Positions 11,537 to 21,952 of a stretch of 64,000 nt of DNA are shown here, piece after piece. The first letter of the stretch is position 1. The number at the start of each line of letters is the position of its first letter. The translations under genes were made by a program, and so were the position numbers. The notes beneath the pieces were generated by a model. The model had not been told where the DNA came from. It made no database searches and saw only the letters and a list, made by a program, of their open reading frames with translations. The stretch covers positions 992,001 to 1,056,000 of the forward strand of contig OZ287075.1 in the NCBI GenBank assembly GCA_965645245.1, read 5' to 3'. This DNA comes from Massalongia carnosa. Lineage: Eukaryota.

Positions 11537-12887
11537 CACGCGGGGCCAAAAAAAGTTCCCACACCAAAAATTTCACCCACCCTAAAAATCCTTCTTTTAC
11601 CCAACTCCCTCATTATGAATAATCAATCATCAATTAATCGTTCTAGTACACCTGATTTTGATGATCATAACTGTACTCAGGAGTATTCTACGCCCATAAA
11701 AGCTAAAGTTCAAGCTGTTGTTGAATTTAATGATGCTCATAAAATTATCTATTTTAAAGAAGACGTTTTTCGTCATTTCGGCGTGGAACGAACGAGCGGT
11801 TATGCCATGCTTCGGGGCGAATCATCTCGTCGATTTCATCACAACTCGGTCTGGCCAGAGACTCGAGGTAGAAAAAAAGCGATTGATTGGGAGACTCTCA
11901 AGAGACTGGAGGAAATAATTGAAAATGGAGGTATTCAAGCTCGAGCTATGTCCTGGCATCAACTGGCCAAAGAAGTAGGCCTCGTGGGCAGTAATCGAGT
12001 GCATTGGCACACCATCAGAAATACTATGCAGGACTTGGAATATCACAAATGCATCGCTTGTACGAGGACCTGGATTGCTCCTCATCTTCGTGCTTTAAGA
12101 CGTACTTTTGCACGAGATAAAATCACCACTTGGACATTGGAGGACTGGAAGTTGGTCCGTTTCAGCGATGAAGTTCATTTCGGGCTTGGTCCTCAACGCC
12201 GATTGCGCATTATACGTCGACCGGGTCAAAGATATTGTTTTGACTGCATGCAGGAGGGGAAAGAGCCCGAAGAAAGAGTACAAAAGCGTTTTCATTGCTG
12301 GGCGTGGGTGGGATGGAATTACAAATCAGATCTGATTTTTTACGAGGTTCCTGGAAACACCAATGGAAAGATGAGCCAAAGAGTCTATATAGACTCCATT
12401 TTGGAGCCTATTGTAAAGCCGTGTCTCGAGATGAGTGAACGATTTGTTTTGGAGGAAGATGGTGATTCGGGGCATGGTTCAGCCAACAATAACAACATCG
12501 TACGGAAATGGAAGGAAGAAAACGGGTTAAAGTACTACTTCAACGCCCCAAAATCTCCCGATTTGTCCATCATTGAAAACTGCTGGCAGCCCGTCAAGCA
12601 GTGGTTATCAAAATCGGATCATTGGGACGATGTGACCACTTTAGATGCAATTCGTACAGGGTGGAGGGATCACGTTCCCCAGGAATGGATCAATTCGTTA
12701 GTAGAACAAATGCCACAACGCATGCATGATGTGCTAGATGGAGAGGGTAAAATGACAGGACATTGAGCGATTTTTGTTGCATATAGTCGTGTATAATAGT
12801 GATTATTCATGATGAGGGAGTTGGGTAAAGAAGGATTTTTAGGGTGGGTGAAATTTTTGGTGTGGGAACTTTTTTTGGCCCCGCGTG
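11537..12887 (+). mobile_element. Tc1/IS630-like DD38E transposon with CACGCG termini and ~89-bp TIRs
   Basis: TIRs 11537-11625 / 12800-12887 (CACGCGGGGCCAAAAAAAGTTCCCACACCAAAAATTTCACC...). Flanked by CCAGG / CCTGG, not TA. Confidence 0.9.
11615..12766 (+). CDS. DDE transposase (Tc1/IS630-like, DD38E), 383 aa, uninterrupted
   Basis: RFSDEVHFG / VLEEDGDSGHG / SPDLSIIENCW; the ATG lies inside the inner end of the left TIR. Confidence 0.9.
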   Translation: MNNQSSINRSSTPDFDDHNCTQEYSTPIKAKVQAVVEFNDAHKIIYFKEDVFRHFGVERTSGYAMLRGESSRRFHHNSVWPETRGRKKAIDWETLKRLEEIIENGGIQARAMSWHQLAKEVGLVGSNRVHWHTIRNTMQDLEYHKCIACTRTWIAPHLRALRRTFARDKITTWTLEDWKLVRFSDEVHFGLGPQRRLRIIRRPGQRYCFDCMQEGKEPEERVQKRFHCWAWVGWNYKSDLIFYEVPGNTNGKMSQRVYIDSILEPIVKPCLEMSERFVLEEDGDSGHGSANNNNIVRKWKEENGLKYYFNAPKSPDLSIIENCWQPVKQWLSKSDHWDDVTTLDAIRTGWRDHVPQEWINSLVEQMPQRMHDVLDGEGKMTGH

Positions 12888-13011
12888 CCTGGACACCCCC
12901 TGAGGTTACCTGGACACCCCCCAGTGATACACGGACACCCCCTTCCTAGAATAGGTACAGTCCCGTGTCAAAAGTTTCCGACTCTACCCGCGATTTTCGT
13001 GATTTCGCGTT
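12888..13011. repeat. 124-bp perfect inverted duplication of 11413-11536
   Basis: Base-by-base reverse complement. Contains the GGACACCCC arm, the TA and a copy of the Tc1 TIR (12958-12983). Confidence 0.92.
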
Positions 13012-14088
13012 CCACGCAATGCGAATATTTGCAAAACACCTGGATAGACGAATTTTAGAAATGATGTCATGATTAATTATAACGTTAACACATTGATTTA
13101 TTTACCTTCATCCATCAAAATTTCAACAGCCTTATCGTGAGCACTGAAATTATCCATCAACAACAAAATCGATCGTCCATTTATATGACCATTTAACCAA
13201 TGCAAATATTCTCTCATGATGATGTTATTATTACAGACCTTGGGATTATACCTCCAAACAGCACCCATATTCTCCAGTCCATGAATTTTGGCATCCCGAA
13301 AACAATTTGGCCTTTTGGCCTTACCAATAAACCAGATATCAGGTTTATCCGACCCATCAGCATTACATGTGAGACAGGCAGTGATTCTAGCCTGTTAAAA
13401 TTAGAACTCTGCCAAATCGAAGCAGCTTACTGTGAAAAACACACCTTATCCTGCTTCTGACCGGCGTGCCTCTCAGTACCAGGAGATCGATCGGGTGCCA
13501 TTTTCCAAAAAAGCCCTGTTTCATCCATGTTATAAACGTCTTTTGCAGCATATTCAGATACTAATTTACGAAGATCAGTCATTATCTGCTGTACATTTTC
13601 GCTTTGATCAGCTGAACCAGCCTCGCCACGATGAATGCGTTGTTCAAGTCCTCGTCGTCTTTTACACCGATCCAGCCAGCCATTGCTCCAATTCGGAGTG
13701 GGAATACCTTCATACTGAGGCAGTTTGTTCCACAACTCGGTGGCCTTGGTCCGTAGCACGTCAGCATTAACATTGAGACTGGCCTGTTCATATCGCTGCT
13801 CCCATTCGAACAAAGCATCTTCTAACACAGGCCATTTGGGAATAACCTCCCGTTTGATTGAACTCGCCTCCTCTTTATCATCCAAGTAAGCATATTTGGA
13901 ACTAAGAATCTCGCTGATAGATGCACTCACAGGCACATAATTATACTCTCTTTTCCGCCACATGCGACAGTCGTTCTGAGTCACTTTATCCTTTGAATCA
14001 TCATTGTACCAGTCCCGAAGAGTTTTCGCTGAATATTCGTGATTCCATGACGGGTTTTTTTTCGAGGGGGGGAAGTTGACAAAGACAT
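13012..14088 (-). pseudogene. pogo/CENP-B-like transposase with two predicted introns, 3'-truncated
   Basis: MSLSTSPPRKKTRHGITNIQRK/TLRDWY (frameshift); HTH_Tc5-like WPVLEDALFEW...SNGWLDR; VYNMDETGLFW; ARITACLTCNADGS; LLLMDNFSAH. Ends abruptly at NIRIAW, before the third catalytic Asp. Confidence 0.85.
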
Positions 14089-14291
14089 GGAGGCAGGCCA
14101 TTCTCGAGACATATTTACAGCAGAATCGTAGCAAATATATGATAGTTTTACCACCTCGCTATAACGAACGTCACCAAAATATGAAAATAAATTTCGTTAT
14201 ATCGTAATGGAGGGTTTTTACCATATAACTACAAAAAATCCGAAAAATAATTTCGTTATGCCGAGGTTTTCGTTATACGGAACTTCCCTAT

Positions 14292-16631
14292 CCCTCTCGC
14301 TGGTGAATTGGCACCCCCTCCCGCACTAGCTATAGATGGTTTAGAGCTCCCGAAACCTTAAATATCTACCAATCAAATAAGCGGCTTGCTACCCCTTTCT
14401 GACCCTTTTTAAGAATTGCCCAATCAATTACTATCTACCTGAACTCCATCTACTTCTTTCAGTTCAAATGTATTGCCGCCCAGCAGGCCTGATTTTTACA
14501 ACAAGGTCTGATTGGATGACATCCTCCACACGCCCATCTTGTTTGAGAACCTCGCTGCTTTCTTTTCCTGCCATTAGCGTCTCTTTCAGCCAAAGGCTCC
14601 CCTTTTCTTTTGGAGGGCCTTGTTTTATTGACATTGCAGGGCTCGCATTTCCGCTTCTTCTCTAGATGAATATAATGGTGCTCGGGGGTAGAAACTAAAG
14701 GCTCAGAGTTGGTCTGAATCCTTATCTTTGACTCATGTCGTCGGGTTTGTCCAGCGGGATTCTTCATCAGACTAAGGGCAAGATGATGAGTAAAATCCGT
14801 ACGAGTGAGTTTTTTTCCTTCTGTTCTGAAATCATCAATTAGATAAAGCTTGTATGCATTGAGCGCAGCAGCATCTAACAAAAAAATAAACAGTGGCCAC
14901 CAATATCGATCGCTTCGGCGTTGATAAGAATAAACCGCTCTCTGCTGAGCATTTCCATGTGACCCACCCATGTGAAGATTATATTCTCTGACTGGTGCGG
15001 GAATCGGTAGGCCTAAAGGCCATGAAGGTGTTTGATCAGGCAGCAAAATGATGTGAGCGTACATTGAGGGATAGTATGGTATGGGTATGATTGGCTGAAC
15101 GGAGTCTTCTGGAATTCCATGCCTTTTAAGCGGATGTAAATAGTACGAGTCATCAAGCTCCCGAGGATGATGACGAGTAGTCATCAACTGAACGGTGTTA
15201 TTGTCCACCCATCCCAAACAGAGCACCTCATCCACAGTCGTACTGGCCCGAAGTCCCCAATGTTTGGATTTAATGGCCACATCCCGCAGAGCCAACAACT
15301 TCACGGGAAATCCAGAGCCTTTTTTAGCTGTTCCACATGCAGCAATTCCTAGTGATCGAAGAGCTTTGAATAGCTTTGTGCTGGTAAAGAAGTTGTCGCA
15401 GAAAAGAGTGTAATTCAGTGGTTCAGGAAGTGTCTTACAAAGCTGAATTACCAGCAAAGCACTATCCGAAAGGCCATCCTTTGCTAAAAAGCCCAGTTGT
15501 CTAGCGGTTTTTAACTGACTGATTTTTATACCTGATACGTGTTAATCATTGCAGTTATGTTGGGAAAAGCGACAGAAAACAGAAGGTTTTTACAGCAAAA
15601 ACACAAGGTTTCATGGAATTTTGTCCGAAAGAGATCACGATTCAAAGATCAAAAAGGGAAAATGAGATTTAATTTTTTAGAAAGATACTAACTTTGGAGG
15701 CAAACAAAAAAGATATCAAGTAGTTATTCTGACAAAGACTATATATTTTAAACCCCTTTCCAGCCTGCTTTGAGGTTATTTGTAGAGTATGACGTGATCG
15801 ATCTTCGAATTTAATAAGCTGCTCATCAATTGATATGATGCTTCCTGGTTGATAGTACTTCAACGAGGCCTGACGAAAATCAGTAGCAAGAGGTTCCAAC
15901 TTCTTCCACCAATCGACTCCTTTGCCCATGCGCGGAGGTTCTGTACGTCCATTATTAAGCTTTAAGAATCTCTTGATTTGTTGAAATCGTACGAGGGACA
16001 TGGCTTGTGAAATAGATAGGAAAATGGGCTTGTCGGGGCATTGATTCCAGTAATCTTCCGTGGCAGGCGCATGATCAATGCCCATAAACAAAAGAATGCC
16101 CAAAAAACCTCAATTTCTGGTCCAATGGTGTCATACCATAGGCGATGATTATTCTCCTTTTCTTTCTCTTTATGATCGTGAGCCTTGATGTTCGTGTGAT
16201 ATACGATGGTCCGACAGAGCTGAGTCGTAATAAAGAGCTGAAAAAATCCAAGAGGAGTATCAACAAGACCATTCACCAGCGATCTTGGAGGTCTATCATC
16301 AATTGAAATGGGTTTGTAACTCGAAAGAGGAGGAGGAATGTCAGCCAAGATGCTTTTAACAGTGCGTTTGCTATTTATCCTATGTTGCTTTGCTGAAACG
16401 GGGGATTTGTCTGAAACACTCGGAATTTCTTCTTCATTTAGTCCCATGACGCTGAATAAAATATAATCTGATGTTTGAAGCAATTTGCTGGTAAGGAGAT
16501 TTATTTTTCTAATGATAATAATGGTGATTGTTTTGAGGTAGAAAGTAAACAAATTTTGATGTTCTTGCTTACTAACACTATGCGACTAACAGCTAGTGCG
16601 GAAGGGGGGTGCCAATTCACCAGCGAGAGGG
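14292..16631 (-). mobile_element. piggyBac-like transposon
   Basis: ~40-bp TIRs CCCTCTCGCTGGTGAATTGGCACCCCC...CGCACTAGCT (14292-14331 / 16591-16631). CCC...GGG ends, flanked by CTAT and ATAG. Confidence 0.9.
14459..16447 (-). pseudogene. piggyBac transposase, inactivated
   Basis: SIDEQLIKF and FCDNFFTS motifs; YNLHMGGSHGNAQ has His where the catalytic Asp of MGGVD is expected; C-terminal Cys-rich domain; frameshift near 16105; probable intron ~15533-15691. Confidence 0.85.
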
Positions 16632-16785
16632 ATAGCGGGGTTCGACTGTACCGCCATTGTAGACTTTTCTTGGTTTCGGCACCTAGCGTCGGTTACCCGT
16701 TTTAACAACCACATGGAAGCCGCTGTTTCTCCTTTCAATCTTGCGACTCCTGCTATTAGGCTTGTCCGGAAAATTCCCTCTCATC

Positions 16786-19070
16786 ATGTCGGTAGGCTTC
16801 GGCTGGTCAATTAGCGACGTGGCCCTGTTGGCGAAGACTACCCGCAAAGTGGTTCATGCGCTGAACGCGGAGGATGGGTCCTCGTCCGATTTTCAAAAAG
16901 CGACGAAATCTCTGGAGTCTCTGCAGATGACGTTGGATGAGATTCATCATCTCTTGTCAACGTCGGAATCCAGCTTTCGCAATGTTATACAAACAGAGCT
17001 TGATGGATCGACCAGCTCTATCGCTAGTTTCAACGCTCGGATACTACAAAATTTTGAAAAAAAGCTTGGGGTTACAGGATCTAAACAACCTTATCGTGGA
17101 GTGGGGCGGAAACTCAAGTGGGCTTTCGATGCTGCAGATGAGTTAGCGACCTTTTGGATAGAACTTTCCCGTCAGCTGGAAACTGTAAAACTTCTGATGA
17201 CAATGCAGTTATGGTAATCCTGTAGTCTGCATCCGTCAGTAATGCACGAATCTTCTAATGTGCCTAGGACCACAATGTCCACCATTACTTCTACTGCGAC
17301 AGCTAGCCAAAAGTTATTGGCTTCTAGTTTCCAAAAGTCTCACACGAACCATAAGGAGGCTATCGATGAGATACGCTCTATGCGTACAGCGTTGACACCC
17401 TTGATCGATGAGGTGCGGAATCTATGCAGAGTCAATAACGGGCTTCTACTTGGATCAAGACAAGGATATGACCTACTCTCTCAAAATAGGAGAGCCCAGG
17501 ATAGTGATGTGTTCGAAGAGCTCTCTGCATCTCTCACAAGTACAGCGTATGAACAAATACTGCCACACTTGGAATATAGAAAATCTCAAAGACCTATTGA
17601 TTCCGTCCCAAATTTTCTTTATCCCGCAGTACAGGACCACGAAGATCATTTGGCGCATGCCTTTTCTGCTGTTGCGAATGTACTCAACGACGTCAAGAGC
17701 CAGAATTATAGGCCTCCTCAAGGGGGCTGCGCAGAGCAGTCTCAACAATTCCTGCAACTTCAATTAAACGTGGAAGAGATCAAAAGGAATCTAACGGAAA
17801 AGCATTCTTCCGCACTTCAAGCTACTAAGGAAGCCAAGCCAGGCTTGTTTCTAGTACGATTTTTCTCAAGTTCTATAGAAGATGGATTTGAAGCCTTATC
17901 GAAGGATTTAGAACAATTGTCTGTTTGCGCTTCCCATCCGAACTTGATGAACGCTAACTGAGAAATAGGTTTGCATTCCTTCAGCTCGCGCTTAGTAGGC
18001 TTCATGTGCTGCTTCTGTGAGTGTCTTTAGTAAATGAGGATTCCATAAAATAAGCTTAACGGCATCCAGATTTTTTCTTCCTCAGGGTCTATTCCTATTG
18101 CATAAGTTGCGGAGGTTCTCCTTCGAGCCATCAAGAATGCTATCTGGCGATGTGATACGGTTCCAAGATCTTCTAGGTATGAACAGGTACTTCGATGCTG
18201 AACACTTCTGCCACTTTGAGGTAAAATACCATGCATATGCGCATGATTTACAATCTCACTTATTTTGGCTAGGTCTTTGAGGCTTTTTTGTTAAAATATT
18301 TTGCTGATAAGCCTGGATCAATGAAGGTTTTGACGGGTCGATATCGGATTATGGATGCTTACAGTCAACCTAAAACCATAACAAAGGCAAACTGGAAAAA
18401 TGTTGTTACATCAGGTGCTAATCTTATAATGTCCGCGGATATGGATTTAATTCTAGCAAACAATCAAAATTGTCCAGTTTGCAACAACCCCTTCATTGAC
18501 GGAGGCTCATTGGGGGTTAAATACTGGTTAGTATGCAAAGCTTAGAGAAATACCCATAGCTTGAAAGGACACTAAACATGGCCCAGCAAAAAGTGTGACC
18601 AGAGCTACCACCGGAAATGTCCCGGCCATCCGCTCACCATAAACGCACTCGCGGATGGCAGTATTCCGAGTTTTTCTTCGAACACGACCTTACAGGCACA
18701 GGCTGGCGTTGCCCTGAATCAAAGAGAAGAAACTTCCAAGAAGGAGAAGACCGAAATGAAGCATTTCAAGCATATGCATACAGCGCAGAGGTGCGAGCAT
18801 CCGATATTGAAGGAGTCATCTCTTGCTCGCAGCCATGAACAGAGTAACAACCCCAAAATTAAGTCGTCAGAATCCGGATCAGGGGGCGGAAATGGTTTTC
18901 CAACTTCAGCCCCGAGTCCTAGGCCATCAATGGGATACGGCCCCGGCATATGGGTTTGCTGTAACTGTAGTGGAAGCACTATCACAGCACTTTGTCCTGA
19001 ATTCTGCTCAATCTGCTGTCATAGGAGATGCTCGTATTGCTTATCTGTGCCCGAGGGTTCCCGTTATTAG
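16786..19070 (+). CDS. HeLo-like/SesA-type fungal N-terminal domain + ubiquitin-like domain + Cys-rich zinc motifs, ~6 exons
   Basis: MSVGFGWSISDVALLAK...SSSDFQ is typical of fungal STAND-associated N-terminal domains. IRFQDLLG...YFADKPGSMKVLTGRYRI...NWKNVVTSGANLIMS resembles fungal ubiquitin-like domains. CPVC..CKKC and WVCCNC...CSICCHRRCSYC. Five GT-AG introns give one open frame. Confidence 0.7.
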
Positions 19071-19516
19071 CAAAATATTAGGTCATGCTAGCTACAAAGA
19101 GTTCTTCTCGCAATCGAAGGCACTCAACCCTTCACCTTAGTCTCGAGTTCAAGAAACAGGTAAAGAGCACCCTCACCCATGAAGAAAGTACCGGCTAAAA
19201 GGCTAATTAGTGAGTATTAATTATAGGGCAGTCTAACGTCCATTCATCTCGTGGGCATGAGAGAAAGATAATTGAATCGTTCACCTATTTAAAAAAGCCT
19301 GATATCCTCATGCTCTCATCTCTCCAGCACGAACAGCAGTATATGCCTGGTTTCAATAGGAATTGCCTCCGGCGTTACGAGAAATATTAACGGGAAAAGA
19401 CGTTAGTAGTACCCAAAGTTTTTTTTTTTTGGAGATTGCCAGATGAGCAGAGCAACAGCCTTAATTCAAAAATTTCCTTAGCCTATGGTACCGTGATAGG
19501 AGCCGGAAAAACATTC

Positions 19517-20211
19517 CTAATGAATCAAGTCCTTGGTGAAGTCAACCCCCTTGGATTCAGCCACCTGCAAATACTCCTTGGCCGCCTTCATCCCGTCCTT
19601 CGCAATCGACGTATCCATCAAAAGCGCCTTGCACAAGCCCTTGCCCACGTCCTCATACGTGGCTTTGAAGGTTGCATCCAATGCGCTCTTGTTCTGGCTT
19701 CGAAACGTGGGCCCTGCTAGTGTGGTCCGTACCGCGGGTGCAACCTCTTTGGCTAAATCTCTAGGGAACGACATGATTTGCAGGCCGGCGTAGATCAACA
19801 CCGCACCTAGCACAATCGGAAAGATGAGGGGCCGCCGATAACGGTGCCCGTGTGCGTAGTGATATGCGCGGCAACGAAGGTCACAATGGCGGTGACGACT
19901 TTAAGGATGATTGCCTTTTTGCCTGTACCCAGTACAGCGGCCTTCGCAGCTGCGGCGGTAGCATATTTTGCCACTAGCTTGGTTGCCGTAGCAGACAGCG
20001 CATGCAAAAGGCTTGCGGAAAAGGCATTGATGACAAGGTGCCCAGCCGTGGTGCCCAAGACGTGGGACATGTGTTGGGATACCTGATCCACTGTATGGCC
20101 GGAGACGTGGCTGCTGATTTGCTCTTTGATCATGTGCACCAGGGCCTTGTACAGTTCATCGGAGAGTGGTTCCCCGGACGCGCGAATGGAATTAGCGATC
20201 TGGATGGCGAG
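19517..20211 (-). pseudogene. Disrupted continuation of the Chs7-like ORF (Ala/His-rich, hydrophobic, unknown domain)
   Basis: Reading continues in frame past the TAA at 20212-20214 (LAIQIANSIRASGEPLSDELYKALVHMIKEQ...). A 1-nt frameshift near 19830 links to ORF 19517..19813. Confidence 0.65.
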
Positions 20212-21952
20212 TTACCGCTGGACGGTTGAGTTGTCGTTGAGCATGCCAATTAGAAATTTACCGATGGTTTCGTCTCGATCTTTGAATAACGTAGCGCGAA
20301 CCTCACCGATTGTGTCGATAATTGGCCTCGACAGATAGGAATCTAGCTCATTTCTTTCGTATTTCGGAAGCGTGTCTTCTTTATGTCTGGCCATCTCAAT
20401 GAATCGTCTAGTCCAATCCTTGGGGTCAGTTAAGCTGATGTAGCGCCGGTAGCCTGACGGATACACTTGGATAATAGCGATGCAATCCATGCGCTTGGTG
20501 CCCTCGATCTTTCTTCGTACCGCTGCTTCCGCTGCATCTAGGAATTTCCCTTCGTCCTTGTCCAAGGCATCAAGTGTCTCTGTCAAAGCAGCGCCTGTAG
20601 GTCGGAAAACCTTTGGAGGTGGCGGATCCGTCTTTGCCCTTGGAGCATAACTAAGGTTGGGAGAGCCGGTCCTGGTTCGAGACCCAGATTTCCAAGGAAA
20701 GTCGGGGGAATCGGGGGAATTATTACTCTTCACCTCAGGTCTTGAAATAGAAACCTCCGGGCCAATGAACGATTGTCTGTCTCTATTGCTGGTGCAGCGA
20801 TCCTCCGTGATGTTATGCCAGAGAACCCAGACAAGAAAGACAGATAACAACGTGAGTAAAGACTGGAAAAACGCACCGTTGATAGCTCCGTTTGTCGCTC
20901 TACAGATAGAGTTACTAAGTACGAACTCGAAGAGCTGAGCAAGGAGGAAGCACAACACCGCCAGGCCCAGAAATACTATTAAGATTAGCTACAGAGCACC
21001 TAGAGGGCTGTGAAGGCTGTTGATCAAAGCTTCTGAGGGAATTTGTAGTAGACACGAAGGTGAGCTACTAAAGCCAATTTACGAGATTTCGAAGGACTAG
21101 AACTCACCCAAATTAGACTTTTCATTCAAAACTCTGCACAAGAGGTCGATCTGAATGCTGGTGTATGCCACAACGCCAACCAACGGGAGACCAAGGTACA
21201 ATACATAAAGCCCAATGTTGTTGTGATGCAGCTCATATCGACTTTTCTCAAAGTAGCCGGTCCAACGGAGTCCCGTGTCAAGAGCGATGTACATGGTGCC
21301 GACAAATATCACCAATGACGACCCTAACACAAGGCTTATCGAAGTCGCGGAGCCATCTCTCATGAGTTGATAGCTGACCATGGCAGTGAGGAAGAGAACC
21401 CAAGCCATGGCCGTGATCGCAGCCAGATGCACAGCAGAGAAAGCCAGCAATACTTTCTCCGACGCGTGGAAGCCTCCGGTAGTGAAAATGTCGCAAAGGG
21501 AGACTATGATGTACCAGGCAAAGAGAATTTGCATCTCTCGTCGCCCAACCGCTGCCTGCTTCCGGTTGACGGCGTAGATTACCACCATCATGAAGACGAT
21601 AATGGCGAGCACATCGACCAGAATCGAGCCTTGGTGCCGTTAGCCACAGGGCGCCACTCGCTGATATCCCGAGCGACGAGAATACATACCCAAGTTCGCG
21701 ATGCGCCCATTGGCGATACCCTCAAGCTTGCACGAGGGCTTGGCATGTCGAAACAGCTGCGCTCTCATGTTAGCATATCCCAACCTTTACGAGAAGCTCG
21801 CAGGCATGACGGATTGTGTACATACGTTGCAAACGGGAAGCGTCGCCGCGCGACAAAGGCTCTATCATTCGTTCATTTAGCAATCGAAACTCCTCCCAAA
21901 ACCCACTCCCCTGCCCACTGACTTCAAAATCCCCAAACTCTTGTATCGCCAT
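20212..21952 (-). CDS. Chitin synthase export chaperone (Chs7-like) with a long in-frame C-terminal extension
   Basis: Spliced MAIQEFGDFE|SLCRAATLPVCN|LF...ANLG|SILVDVLAII; RKQAAVGRREMQI; ICRATNGAINGAFFQSLLTLLSV..VWVLWHNITED. Four GT-AG introns. Confidence 0.8.

Larger units (their letters stand above)
13012..16648 (-). mobile_element. Truncated pogo/Tigger (CENP-B-like) transposon with a piggyBac inserted near its surviving end
   Basis: Terminal CAGTCGAACCCCGCTAT (16648-16632) next to TA (16649-16650). Repeated TTCGTTAT subterminal motifs at ~14190-14277. The other end is lost at 13012. Confidence 0.8.

Noticed and set aside
11371..11614. Upstream extensions of ORFs 10853..11539 and 11528..12766 (MPGHPLRLPGHPP..., MSRHAGPKK...)
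   Set aside because: Non-ATG starts reading through TIR and palindrome sequence; the likely starts are 11370 and 11615.
5613..16648. Whole nest as one mobile composite element or Starship
   Set aside because: TA lies at both outer edges, but the termini (CGTGGACACCCC vs CAGTCGAACCCC) do not form a convincing TIR pair and no tyrosine recombinase is present.
16635..16656. tRNA-like 3' end GCGGGGTTCGACTGTACCGCCA
   Set aside because: It is the pogo terminal repeat plus TA and flank; no D-arm, anticodon arm or acceptor stem upstream.
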